This document shows positions 44,138 to 53,218 of a DNA stretch of 64,000 bases, in pieces. Every line of letters begins with the position of its first letter. The first letter of the stretch is position 1. The notes under the pieces are model-generated. The model was given only the letters and a program-made list of their open reading frames with translations, did no database searches and was not told the DNA's origin. This stretch comes from Chitinophagaceae bacterium. Lineage in GTDB: Bacteria; Bacteroidota; Bacteroidia; Chitinophagales; Chitinophagaceae. A program made the translations under genes and the position numbers. The stretch spans positions 4,887 through 68,886 of the forward strand of contig JBEVKW010000172.1 in the NCBI GenBank assembly GCA_040509495.1, given 5' to 3'.

Positions 44138-44572
44138 TTAGTTGGCCACCGCAACAAGTCCGTACTGACGCATGATGTCTTTTAATCTTGCCATATCCGG
44201 TGGACCACCAGCGCGTAGAACACTGAGCAGGTCTTTAAAATAATTAGCGGTGAAAACGCCGGGATTGGCGAACGCGAGTATCTCCACTGTTTCACTGGAC
44301 TCATTGGTGAAACTGTGTATACGCCCCCGTTTGATGAAATGATGATCGCCGGGTTGTAACTGGATCGTAACATCATCAACAGTGAGAGTAAGTGTTCCTT
44401 TCAGACCGTAGATGGTTTCATCAAAGTTATCATGATAGTGCGCTGACGGCACCTTGGCATGGGGATGGATAACGACCCTGAACATCGTGAATTGTCCGTT
44501 CGTATCCATAGCATCCAGGCAAAAATGGATCTCAAGGCCATTGCCCAGATCGATCACTTCAGTTGGTTTCAT
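44138..44572 (-). CDS. Cupin domain protein
   Basis: 144 aa. PSAHYHDNFDETIYGLKG...GDHHFIKRGRIHSF carries the cupin motifs. Confidence 0.75.
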   Translation of the reverse strand: MKPTEVIDLGNGLEIHFCLDAMDTNGQFTMFRVVIHPHAKVPSAHYHDNFDETIYGLKGTLTLTVDDVTIQLQPGDHHFIKRGRIHSFTNESSETVEILAFANPGVFTANYFKDLLSVLRAGGPPDMARLKDIMRQYGLVAVAN

Positions 44573-44618
44573 ACTGGTGGTTTAGTGAAGCAAAAGAAAG
44601 AGAAAACCTCTCACAAGA

Positions 44619-44636
44619 TCTTGACGCGCGTCAAGA
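44619..44636. promoter_or_regulatory. Perfect 18-bp palindrome TCTTGACGCGCGTCAAGA (FNR-box-like TTGAC-N4-GTCAA)
   Basis: It lies between the stop of the Crp/Fnr gene (44641) and the start of the cupin gene (44572), 47-64 nt upstream of the latter. It could alternatively act as a hairpin. Confidence 0.45.
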
Positions 44637-44640
44637 AATA

Positions 44641-45222
44641 TTACAAATGCATGTTTCTTTTCCGGATCCTGCTCAGCGTTTCCGGAGATACGCCAAGATA
44701 GCTGGCTATATGATATTGAGGCAGCCGGTTGATCCAATGTGGATTTTCCTTCAGTATGCGACGGTATTTTTCATCCGGCGTTTCGTTGGTCATATTGCTC
44801 AGCAGATTCTTCAGCCAGGCGACGGTGCGTCCACGATTCTTGATCTGGTACATGGCATAGTCAGGTATGGTCCGGGTGGCATACTCCCAGTTTTTCCTGC
44901 TCAGGTAGATCAATGTACAATTCTCCACGGCCTGCATACTCATGGTGGATGGAGTGCGGTAAATAAAGCTGTCCATTTCGCCGCACCACCACCCTTCTTC
45001 GGCAAAGAAAATATTGCGTTCATCTCCGCCCGGAGAAATATGATACTGGCGCAAACAACCGCTTAGTACAAAACCAACGCGGTTCACCACACTGCCTTGC
45101 GCAAAGAATAACTCATTCCTGGAAAGAGAAAAATTTTCGAACAGGGAAAGTAACTCCCTAAAAGCTTCATCAGGAAAATGATGTCTGTCGCGAAGGGTTT
45201 GAAGAAGTAAATCTGTATTCAT
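44641..45222 (-). CDS. Crp/Fnr family transcriptional regulator
   Basis: 193 aa. A cNMP-binding-like fold and the C-terminal HTH YHIASYLGVSPETLSRIRKR. Confidence 0.85.
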   Translation of the reverse strand: MNTDLLLQTLRDRHHFPDEAFRELLSLFENFSLSRNELFFAQGSVVNRVGFVLSGCLRQYHISPGGDERNIFFAEEGWWCGEMDSFIYRTPSTMSMQAVENCTLIYLSRKNWEYATRTIPDYAMYQIKNRGRTVAWLKNLLSNMTNETPDEKYRRILKENPHWINRLPQYHIASYLGVSPETLSRIRKRNMHL

Positions 45223-45437
45223 GATCGGCGGATAGAAACGTTGCGCAAATATTTATTGCAGGAGCGGGAAGATACTGATTTCTATGCCCGGTAAAATATG
45301 AATTGAAATGGCTTTATGACCAGTGTGCAGGCTGCGGGCATAATGAGGGGGCAAACCCGGTGCTGCATACCTCAGCAAGCGCGGCCTGTTTCAGATAAGG
45401 TGTCATCAATCTGATAAGCGCCGCCTGCAGTAAAATT

Positions 45438-47375
45438 TCAGCTGGTTGAAAAAAAATCCTTTTTGATCCCCAGCTTTTTGATCTTGGAAGCGAGCGTTGT
45501 TGGTGGCACACCCAGTATTTCTGCTGCTCCGCCTGAGCCACGGATACGGCCATTGCATTTACGGAGCACCCTTAATATGTGTTCACGTTCATTTTCCTCG
45601 ATCGTCCGGTCATGTTCAGCCTGGGTGGTGGCTGGAATGCTGTTTATTGCCGATGGAAGAACGATGCCGGATATCTCCGTTCCTTTTGTTGTCAATACAC
45701 TTCGCTCGATTACATTTTCCAGTTCCCTGATGTTCCCGGGCCATGTGTAGTTCTGAAGCGAATGAAGTGCATCCCCCGTCAACCGTACTATCTTTTTTTG
45801 ATTTTGCTCAGCATACAGTTTTAAAAAATGATTGGCCAGTAAAGGGATGTCTTCCTGGCGTTCGCGCAGTGCGGGGAGATGAATGGGGAATACATTCAGC
45901 CGGTAGTATAGGTCGAGTCGAAAGCGTCCTTCAGCCACTTCCTTTTCAAGATTCCTGTTCGTGGCCGCTACGACCCTGGCATTGATACGGATGGTTTCTT
46001 TACCTCCCACCCGCTCGATCTCTTTTTGCTGCAGTACGCGCAACAGCCGCGATTGCATTTCCAGCGGCATTTCTCCTATTTCGTCAAGGAATATTGTCCC
46101 ATTCCCAGCCTGTTCGAATTTGCCGATGCGTCGTTCGGTGGCACCTGTAAAAGCGCCTTTTTCATGACCGAACAATTCCGACTCGATCAGTGAAGAGGGT
46201 AATGCGCCGCAGTTGACCTTCACCAATGGACCATTCTTGCGGTGGGAAAGCCGGTGAATGTTGTCTGCAATGCTTTCCTTTCCGGTACCACTTTCCCCGG
46301 TGATCAGCACTGATGTTTCAGCAGAAGCCACCTGCATAAGAAGGTCGAACACCTGCATGATCGGCGCACTTGTTCCTACTATGCCGGCCAGCCGGGCAAC
46401 AGGGACATTGTCTTTTTCCGCGTTTGATGCAACCACCGGCTCTATGGAAGGATTATCCATGCTTTGGACGATCGTCAGCAGGCTATAGCGAAGCCGTTCA
46501 CAAAGATCGACATGGTCGGGATCGAAGCCTGCCGGTTGCCGGCTGAAAAAACTGAAATAGAAAACGCTGCCATCAGTCGCCTCCCAAATGGGCACCACCA
46601 GGTTACTTCTCATGCCGTAATGGTGCTTAATGGCTTCTTTCATTCCGGATGACTGTGTGGCCTTCTCGAAAGCTGCGTTCGTGTACAGGGTTACATTTGC
46701 TTCAGGGGAAACCTGTTCAAGCCGCTGCCTGAGTTCATGTGTCTTTAGCTTCGTTGCCAATTGAAACTCTTCCACACCGATCACATTGTATTGATCGTAT
46801 CCTGTTCGTAAAAATGCGGTGAGTTCATTCAGGTCATTGCGGGCGGTCTTTCGCACTGCCACTGCCAGGTCGTACGGAATCAATGGCTGCAAGGCCTGCA
46901 CCAGCTTCAGCATTTTGGTCGGATGATCGCCATCAGATTTTTTCAGCGCCAGCAGTTGTCGCTGAAAAAATGTTTCTTTCCGCAAACCTGATTCCCTGCC
47001 GTACTCCTGGTGATAAGCCGCGATCTCCATTGTTACCAGCAGATCCCTTTCCCTGAATGGTTTGATCAGGAAGCCGAATGGATGTGTTGCTTTAGCTTCA
47101 TTCAAAATATCTTCATTCGAATTGGCTGATAAGTAAATAAACCCGATCTGTTCCTTTTTCAGGTATCTCGCAAGATCGATCCCTGTTTCTTTTCCTGAAA
47201 GAAATATATCTACCAATACCAGGGCGGGTCTTTCCTTTGAGATCAGTTCAATAGCTTCACGAACAGAGCGGGCTACGGGCTGCACTTCATAACCGGCTTT
47301 GTTCAACATCAACCGCAAATGATTTGCTTCGACGAACTGATCTTCTACAATTAAAATTTTATGTGGCGTGTCCAT
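45438..47375 (-). CDS. Sigma54-dependent response regulator, paralog of 24564..26531
   Basis: REC (ILIVEDQFVE...LVLVDIFL), GESGTGKE, GHEKGAFTGA and the HTH GAAEILGVPPTTLASKIKKL. The domain order is the same as in the first copy. Confidence 0.9.
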   Translation of the reverse strand: MDTPHKILIVEDQFVEANHLRLMLNKAGYEVQPVARSVREAIELISKERPALVLVDIFLSGKETGIDLARYLKKEQIGFIYLSANSNEDILNEAKATHPFGFLIKPFRERDLLVTMEIAAYHQEYGRESGLRKETFFQRQLLALKKSDGDHPTKMLKLVQALQPLIPYDLAVAVRKTARNDLNELTAFLRTGYDQYNVIGVEEFQLATKLKTHELRQRLEQVSPEANVTLYTNAAFEKATQSSGMKEAIKHHYGMRSNLVVPIWEATDGSVFYFSFFSRQPAGFDPDHVDLCERLRYSLLTIVQSMDNPSIEPVVASNAEKDNVPVARLAGIVGTSAPIMQVFDLLMQVASAETSVLITGESGTGKESIADNIHRLSHRKNGPLVKVNCGALPSSLIESELFGHEKGAFTGATERRIGKFEQAGNGTIFLDEIGEMPLEMQSRLLRVLQQKEIERVGGKETIRINARVVAATNRNLEKEVAEGRFRLDLYYRLNVFPIHLPALRERQEDIPLLANHFLKLYAEQNQKKIVRLTGDALHSLQNYTWPGNIRELENVIERSVLTTKGTEISGIVLPSAINSIPATTQAEHDRTIEENEREHILRVLRKCNGRIRGSGGAAEILGVPPTTLASKIKKLGIKKDFFSTS

Positions 47376-47379
47376 TTGA

Positions 47380-49632
47380 TTAGGGTAATGGGAAGTTTAT
47401 TTCTATTTTCAATCCATTCTCGTTCGAGATCCCGAGATGACCTTTTATATCTTCACTTAATCCGCGGATGAGGCTCAATCCCAGTGAAGCATTCTTTTGA
47501 AGCGCCCCGGAATTTGCAAAACCGATACCATTGTCGCGGATGATCAACCTGAAATAACCTGGTTCGGCCTGCTTGAATGACAGGTTGATCTCTCCTTCGC
47601 TCCTGCCGGAGAATGCATATTTGAACGAATTGGTTACGGCTTCATTAACGATCAAACCAAGCGGAATAGAAAGTGAAAGCGGGAAGTTCACTTTTTCTAC
47701 ATCGAGAATAAACCGGACAGGGATGGATTTATCCAGGGAGTCTTGCAGGTAATCAGTCAACTCCCTGAAATAATCCGCCATATTGGTGAACGACAGGTTT
47801 TCGGATTGATACAATTTCTGGTGAATGATCGACATGGCCTGAACCCTGTGCTGGCTCTCGCTGATCGCATCGAGTGCTTCCTTTCCTTTGATATATTCTG
47901 CCTGGCTGGCAAGCAGACCTACTACCATGTGTAAATTATTTTTAACGCGGTGATGTATTTCGCGCATCAGCCAGTCCTTTTCTTTAACGAGTGTATTAAG
48001 CGCCTCATTTTTTTCTTCTATCAATTGTTGTTGTTTCAGCAATGCAGCATTCGCCTTTTTTTTGAGGTTGTATGCATATAAAAGCAAACCGGCGATCATC
48101 AGGATAAGCGCAGCACCTACCAGTGTTATTTTTTCGCGTGTATCAGCCTGATGAAGATGATCCTCCTGGATCTCAGCAGCTCTTTGTAATGACTGGATAT
48201 TTTTTTCCTTTTTTGCCGTTTCATACTGAACATTGAAGTATTCGATCTGCCTGCTCTTTCTTTCGGTAAGCAATGAATCTTTGATGATCTTATACCGTTG
48301 AAAGTGTTTGATCGCACTTAAAAGATCTCCTGTAGCTGAATCGACCCTGAACTGCAGCAAGGAATACTGGGCGGCATAATCTGCCCGGTTAAGTTTTTGA
48401 GCAACCGCTCTGAACGAGCCTGCATATTGCACAGCCTTCAGGTTCTGCTGTGTTGCAACATAATACGGAATGAGCGCCGTATATATCAGCGCGTACACTT
48501 CCGGATCAAATCCTTTGCGTTCTGCCACTTTCTCCAGGAAAGCGATCTGTGGCGCGGCCTGTTCATATTCTTTCAGCTCGAGGTACGCAGGAATGAGGAT
48601 CCAGGCGAACTGTATCTTGAAATTGTCCCGTATAGCCGGATATCGCTTAAAGATCGTGTGTAAGAAATCCAATGCCTGCCGGGCCCTGCCGGTTTTCACC
48701 AGTTGTTCAGATATACTGCTGGCAATATTGGCAATGTAATTCTTATCATCGAACCTGATGGCGATCTGAAGGGCTTTATCGAAATAAGCACTCGACTTTG
48801 CTGTATCACCAAGTTCAAAATAAGAAGAGCCCAGCCTGTTATAGTAAGTACACATCGACAGACTTGTATCTCCCAATGCTTCCGCTGTCTGAATGGCTTT
48901 TAATCCATACTCCACCCCACGCTCATAGTCGCCCATTGCAACATGGAGTGAACCGAGCAGATCATACACGCTCATCAACCGGGGATATTTTATTTCCTGG
49001 TAAAGAGCCAGCGACTCCTGCAATGCCATGCGCGCTGCCGGCAAACGGTTGGTAATATAAAGCAGGTCTCCCTCCTCCCGCAAGCAGTCGGCCAGGCGCA
49101 TCTTGTTCCCTGCCTGCCTGAACGCCTTCGCTGCACTGTCAAGATAGCTGATGCGCAGAAGGAAATAATCCATCATGGCATCTCCCGGTTCAGGCTGACC
49201 GGCATTGGTTGTTATCGACCAGAGCGACACATAAGTTTCTCCGAGTTCATCATAAGCTGACAGGCTTTTAAATATTCTTACTGCATCATCTGCTGCAAGC
49301 TTCGCCTGTTGATACTGATGATTGATCTCCGCAATATGAGCAAGCTGAAAACTGCTTTTACCTTCACCGGCCTTGTAGCGCAGTTGCCTGCTGTATTCCT
49401 GTGCCTGGCTGGCCAGTGTAAAGGCTGAGTCGACCCGCGCAGAAGGCTGACCTATTCCGTTCACCAGCCATGCTGCCCATTGTAATTGCAGGTCTACCTG
49501 TTCTGCTGAAGGCTTTTTTGTGCGCAGTACCGCCAGCCTCGACCTCGCTTCTTGCTCGCTAAAGCCAGGCTTCTGTGAAAGCCCTGGCAAGGCAAGCCAG
49601 CAACACAATATGAACACAAGCCGTAAGCGCAT
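47380..49632 (-). CDS. TPR-containing HisKA_2 sensor histidine kinase, paralog of 26531..29014
   Basis: Signal MRLRLVFILCCWLALPGLSQ, TPR-like region, TM ITLVGAALILMIAGLLLYAY, H-box EIHHRVKNNLHMVVGLL, and DNGIGF. Confidence 0.85.
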   Translation of the reverse strand: MRLRLVFILCCWLALPGLSQKPGFSEQEARSRLAVLRTKKPSAEQVDLQLQWAAWLVNGIGQPSARVDSAFTLASQAQEYSRQLRYKAGEGKSSFQLAHIAEINHQYQQAKLAADDAVRIFKSLSAYDELGETYVSLWSITTNAGQPEPGDAMMDYFLLRISYLDSAAKAFRQAGNKMRLADCLREEGDLLYITNRLPAARMALQESLALYQEIKYPRLMSVYDLLGSLHVAMGDYERGVEYGLKAIQTAEALGDTSLSMCTYYNRLGSSYFELGDTAKSSAYFDKALQIAIRFDDKNYIANIASSISEQLVKTGRARQALDFLHTIFKRYPAIRDNFKIQFAWILIPAYLELKEYEQAAPQIAFLEKVAERKGFDPEVYALIYTALIPYYVATQQNLKAVQYAGSFRAVAQKLNRADYAAQYSLLQFRVDSATGDLLSAIKHFQRYKIIKDSLLTERKSRQIEYFNVQYETAKKEKNIQSLQRAAEIQEDHLHQADTREKITLVGAALILMIAGLLLYAYNLKKKANAALLKQQQLIEEKNEALNTLVKEKDWLMREIHHRVKNNLHMVVGLLASQAEYIKGKEALDAISESQHRVQAMSIIHQKLYQSENLSFTNMADYFRELTDYLQDSLDKSIPVRFILDVEKVNFPLSLSIPLGLIVNEAVTNSFKYAFSGRSEGEINLSFKQAEPGYFRLIIRDNGIGFANSGALQKNASLGLSLIRGLSEDIKGHLGISNENGLKIEINFPLP

Positions 49633-49831
49633 AATTTTTACTAAGCTATTCTTTTTATACTAATCTCCTGCCAGGAAGTATTTCCCGCATTGCCACAAGA
49701 TTCCGTTACCGGTACCGGCGTGGCAGAGAAGGGCGTGTTATTGTTGTATGAGGGCGCAGGGGTCCTGCAATCCAGGGGTTCATTATCACTATCCTTTTTT
49801 TAAGGAATGATCTTTTTTACCACGCACAGAC

Positions 49832-49845
49832 CCCTGTATACAGGG
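49832..49845. promoter_or_regulatory. Perfect 14-bp palindrome CCCTGTATACAGGG in the divergent kinase/hydrolase intergenic region
   Basis: It lies between the HK2 start (49632) and the hydrolase start (50014). It is a candidate regulator-binding site (UAS or operator). Confidence 0.35.
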
Positions 49846-49904
49846 CCCGTATAAGAACCTGCATGGCGTTTCTGCGACGAAAGCTCGTTGCCCGTTTCGT
49901 TCAA

Positions 49905-49920
49905 CGACGATATATCGTCG
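49905..49920. promoter_or_regulatory. Perfect 16-bp palindrome CGACGATATATCGTCG upstream of the alpha/beta hydrolase gene
   Basis: It lies about 95-110 nt upstream of the ATG at 50014. Confidence 0.35.
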
Positions 49921-50013
49921 GAGAACCGCCACCTGTATCGCTCATTGCTCCTGATTATCAATCATGGTTGTTATGGAATGAGATTCGTACCTGTTCTTGC
50001 ATCAACCAATGTT

Positions 50014-50799
50014 ATGACCCAACCGATCACTTCCAAAACCATACTGTTCATTACCGGTGCGTTTATCAGTCACCATTGCTGGGATAATTGGATCAGGTAC
50101 TTCCAGGAGAAGGGTTACCACGCTGTGGCGATACCCTGGCCGCAAAAAGATGCGCCGGCTGCGGTATTGCGTCATCGTCATCCGGATGCGGATGTGGCGG
50201 CCATCCGCCTCGCACAATTGACCAGCTTTTATCATGATGCGGCTTTGTCTCTACCGGAAAAACCCATCATTATCGGCCATTCTCTTGGCGGACTCATTGC
50301 CCAGCTGCTATTACAACAGGGCGTGGCTGATGCCGCTGTCGCCATTCATTCCGTACCGCCGCAGGGTGTGTTCAGTTTTAGTCTTCCCTTTCTTATTGCC
50401 GGCTGGGGTCCGCTTGGATATTTTACTGATGCCAGGCAAACCTTCCTGATGAGTTTTAAGCAATGGAAATATGCATTCGTTAATGGACTGCCAGTCCAGG
50501 TGCAGCAGGAAAGCTATGAATCAGCTATCCCGGAATCAAAACGGGTTGTACGTGATACGATCACCCGCGCGGCAAGGGTCGACTTTACACGACCGCACCG
50601 CCCACTCCTTTTCCTGGCCGGTTCAAAGGATCATGCGATTCCTTCTTCACTCAATTATAAAAACTACCGTCGTTATACAGATCAACAGTCACACACCTCT
50701 TTTAAATTATTTGAAGGACGTACACACTATGTTTTAAACCAGGAAGAATGGCCGGAGACCGCGGAATATATTCTGAGCTGGCTTTCCGGTATACAATGA
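50014..50799 (+). CDS. Alpha/beta hydrolase
   Basis: The internal ATG at 50014 (MTQPITSKTILFITGAF...) is preferred over the track start at 49888. It has GHSLGG (GxSxG). Confidence 0.75.
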   Translation: MTQPITSKTILFITGAFISHHCWDNWIRYFQEKGYHAVAIPWPQKDAPAAVLRHRHPDADVAAIRLAQLTSFYHDAALSLPEKPIIIGHSLGGLIAQLLLQQGVADAAVAIHSVPPQGVFSFSLPFLIAGWGPLGYFTDARQTFLMSFKQWKYAFVNGLPVQVQQESYESAIPESKRVVRDTITRAARVDFTRPHRPLLFLAGSKDHAIPSSLNYKNYRRYTDQQSHTSFKLFEGRTHYVLNQEEWPETAEYILSWLSGIQ

Positions 50800-50909
50800 T
50801 CGATCCTTCATTTGCCTGCATCGACTGTCTGAAACCGGCATCCCGGTTATGAACACGGGCACTCATCACCGCCGCGCTTATTTAATCAATAACCATCAAA
50901 ATACTCAAC

Positions 50910-51611
50910 ATGAAAAAGCAGCTCTTTTTTAACTTATCAACCCTGCTGGCAATTTTATTGTCAGCAACAGGCATGGCGCAAAAGCCTTCACCCGAATTAT
51001 TATCACCCGTCAATCACACGCTTGTATTGATCGACTTCGAGGGACAGATGGGATTTGCCACGCATAACATCGATATCGCTCAGTTGAGAAATAACGCGGC
51101 GATAATCAGCGGTGCATCAAAGATCTTCCAGGTACCAACTGTTGTGACCACCGTTGCCGAACGATCTTTCAGCGGTCCTGTATTCCCGGAGATCCTCGAA
51201 TTCTATCCTGTTGCATCCTCGGGGTATATCGACCGCACGACGATGAATACCTGGGAAGACGAGAAAGCCTGGAAAGCAATCACCGGAAAAGGAAAGAAGA
51301 AGATTGTTCTCGCAGGTTTATGGACAAGCGTATGTATCGTTGGACCCGCACTATCAGCGAAAGCAGAAGGTTATGATGTGTATGTGATTGCAGATGCCTG
51401 CGGGGATATCAGCGTAGAAGCGCATGAAACAGCAATGGACAGGATGAAACAGGCAGGCATCAAACCGATCACGTCCATGCAGTATTTACTGGAACTGCAG
51501 CGTGACTGGTCAAGAACGGCCACGTATGCACCGGTCAACGAGCTGATCAAAAAATACGGTGGTGCCTATGGCATTGGTGTGCAGTATGCGCAGGATATGC
51601 TAAAGCATTAA
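50910..51611 (+). CDS. Secreted isochorismatase-family hydrolase (paralog of 18443..19138)
   Basis: Signal ending GMAQKPSP. LVLIDFEGQ and GLWTSVCIVGPALSAKAEGYDVYVIADACGD. Confidence 0.8.
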   Translation: MKKQLFFNLSTLLAILLSATGMAQKPSPELLSPVNHTLVLIDFEGQMGFATHNIDIAQLRNNAAIISGASKIFQVPTVVTTVAERSFSGPVFPEILEFYPVASSGYIDRTTMNTWEDEKAWKAITGKGKKKIVLAGLWTSVCIVGPALSAKAEGYDVYVIADACGDISVEAHETAMDRMKQAGIKPITSMQYLLELQRDWSRTATYAPVNELIKKYGGAYGIGVQYAQDMLKH

Positions 51612-51641
51612 TGATTATCAACCTCAATAGACTAAATAAGG

Positions 51642-51994
51642 ATGAAAAATATATTTACCAGCTATATTCATCGGTTCTGCTGCACCATTGCGGTGGCTGT
51701 ATCAATGGTATCAATGGCTGCAAATGCGCAGACCGGAAAGCCGGGGGTAAAAAATATAGTGATCGTTCATGGGGCTTTTGCGGATGCTTCCGGTTGGGAA
51801 GCCGTGTATCACCTGCTAAAAAACCCATTGTTGCTACCGAAGACAAAAGCATTGACCCTGATCTTGAACGACGGATGTACAAACGTACTGGTTCCATTGT
51901 AAGTGAGATCAAAGGCAGTCATGCCATCTATATTTCACAGCCAGCTGCTGTAGCGGCAGTGATTGAAAGGGCCGCAAACGGTCTGAACAAATGA
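51642..51994 (+). pseudogene. Internally deleted, frameshifted remnant of a secreted alpha/beta hydrolase (relative of 20689..21495)
   Basis: The frame of 51642 gives a signal peptide plus KNIVIVHGAFADASGWEAVY, comparable to PTIVLVHGAFADGSSWNKVI. The frame of 51611 gives the C-terminal part KSIDPDLERRMYKRTGSIVSEIKGSHAIYISQPAAVAAVIERAA, comparable to QIISPQLEKEMAKNIGAITTHLPASHVSMLSKPEEVAKVILKAA. The catalytic GxSxG core is missing. The junction is near 51810-51830. Confidence 0.75.
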
Positions 51995-52064
51995 ACGCCA
52001 TCGGCACTTAATACATCTTCCATCTTCAACATTCAACAATCAGCTACGCATTTAAAAATTTATT

Positions 52065-53078
52065 ATGAAACAATTTCAACTACCAACTTCCCCAACCAGG
52101 AATTTATCAGCCGTAATCCTGTCTGCTTTGCTCTTAACGCTTCTTCCATTTTTTGCCTGCAAGAGTGATCCAACACCGCCCGGCAATAAGGAGAATACCG
52201 CTGCAAGCAGCCATAATGTATCCATTTCCGCACCCGCCCCACCACCAGCTGGCTTCAGTCACAAATATGAAACTGTCAACGGCATAAAGATCCATTATGT
52301 AACAGGTGGAACAGGAGAGCCATTGGTGCTGTTCCATGGGTTTGGACAGAACTGGTATATGTGGAACAGGATAATGCCAGCATTGGGAAAACATTTTACC
52401 ATCATCGCGCCAGACCTTCCCGGAGTAGGAGAATCTGATAAACCGGCAAATGGCTATGATAAAAAATCAATGGCGGCAGTGATGCACGGATTTATCAAGC
52501 AACTCGGTTTCTCCGATATCAATCTCGCTGGTCATGATATCGGCTTAATGGTGGCGTATGCATATGCGGCTCAGTTCCCGCAGGAAGTTAAAAAACTGGC
52601 GCTGATGGATGCATTACTGCCGGGCGTTGAACCCGTGTGGTCTGACGTAAAAGGAAAAGCATGGTGGTTTGGCTTCTTTGCCTGGCCTGCATCAGGAGAG
52701 ATCGTCGCAGGAAAGGAAAGGGCATTCTTAACAAATTTCTGGCCGCAGGTTGGGCATGTAAAAGATCCGTTCACCAACATAGAAACAGATGAATTTATAA
52801 GGGCATACGCCGTCCCCGGGGCTACAACGGGAAGCTTTCACTGGTTCGGTGGATTTGAACAGGATGCAACAGACAATAAAGTTTTTATGCAAACAAAATT
52901 AAAGATGCCTTTGCTTGCCATGGGAGGAGAACACTATGCCGCTGCATTCCTTACCGAACACTGCAAACTTGTTGCAGAAAATGTCAGTTCCTCCAATATA
53001 AAGGGGGCCGGACATTGGTTAGTGCAGGAAAATACTGCACAGGTGGAAAAAGATCTGCTTGACTTTTTTGGACATTGA
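52065..53078 (+). CDS. Alpha/beta hydrolase (epoxide-hydrolase-like), lipoprotein-type signal
   Basis: LLLTLLPFFACKSD resembles a lipobox. VNGIKIHYVTGGTGEPLVLFHGFGQNWYMW...APDLPGVGESD and GHDIGLMVA. Confidence 0.8.
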   Translation: MKQFQLPTSPTRNLSAVILSALLLTLLPFFACKSDPTPPGNKENTAASSHNVSISAPAPPPAGFSHKYETVNGIKIHYVTGGTGEPLVLFHGFGQNWYMWNRIMPALGKHFTIIAPDLPGVGESDKPANGYDKKSMAAVMHGFIKQLGFSDINLAGHDIGLMVAYAYAAQFPQEVKKLALMDALLPGVEPVWSDVKGKAWWFGFFAWPASGEIVAGKERAFLTNFWPQVGHVKDPFTNIETDEFIRAYAVPGATTGSFHWFGGFEQDATDNKVFMQTKLKMPLLAMGGEHYAAAFLTEHCKLVAENVSSSNIKGAGHWLVQENTAQVEKDLLDFFGH

Positions 53079-53096
53079 TCTGTCGGGTCAGCACAT

Positions 53097-53196
53097 ACGG
53101 TTTCCGCAGTGAAGGCAGGGAAGGAAATGTGAAGAGTTGAACTGTCCTTCGCTTTTAATCGACGGGTTAACAGGATCTGCATGATCTGCGGGAACC
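53097..53196. repeat. CGCAGAT-rich palindromic intergenic element, copy 3 (more diverged)
   Basis: The left arm is acggtttccgcagtgaaggcagg (53097-53119). The right arm is ggatctgcatgatctgcgggaacc (53173-53196), whose reverse complement ggttcccgcagatcatgcagatcc matches the family terminus. Confidence 0.6.
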
Positions 53197-53218
53197 TTCT
53201 GTGTCAAAATCAAAAACA

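Noticed and set aside
45223-45437. A search for a second FNR-like box upstream of the Crp/Fnr gene at 44641-45222
   Set aside because: I saw only short ATCA-N3-TGAT-type symmetry and no copy of TTGAC-N4-GTCAA. Autoregulation is therefore not supported by sequence.
49721-49735. A TGGCAGAGAAGGGCG sequence as a possible sigma54 -24/-12 promoter for the hydrolase genes
   Set aside because: The GG-to-GC spacing is one nucleotide short and the -12 TTGC is missing. I found no convincing TGGCAC-N5-TTGC match by eye upstream of any operon in either module. A PWM scan is needed.
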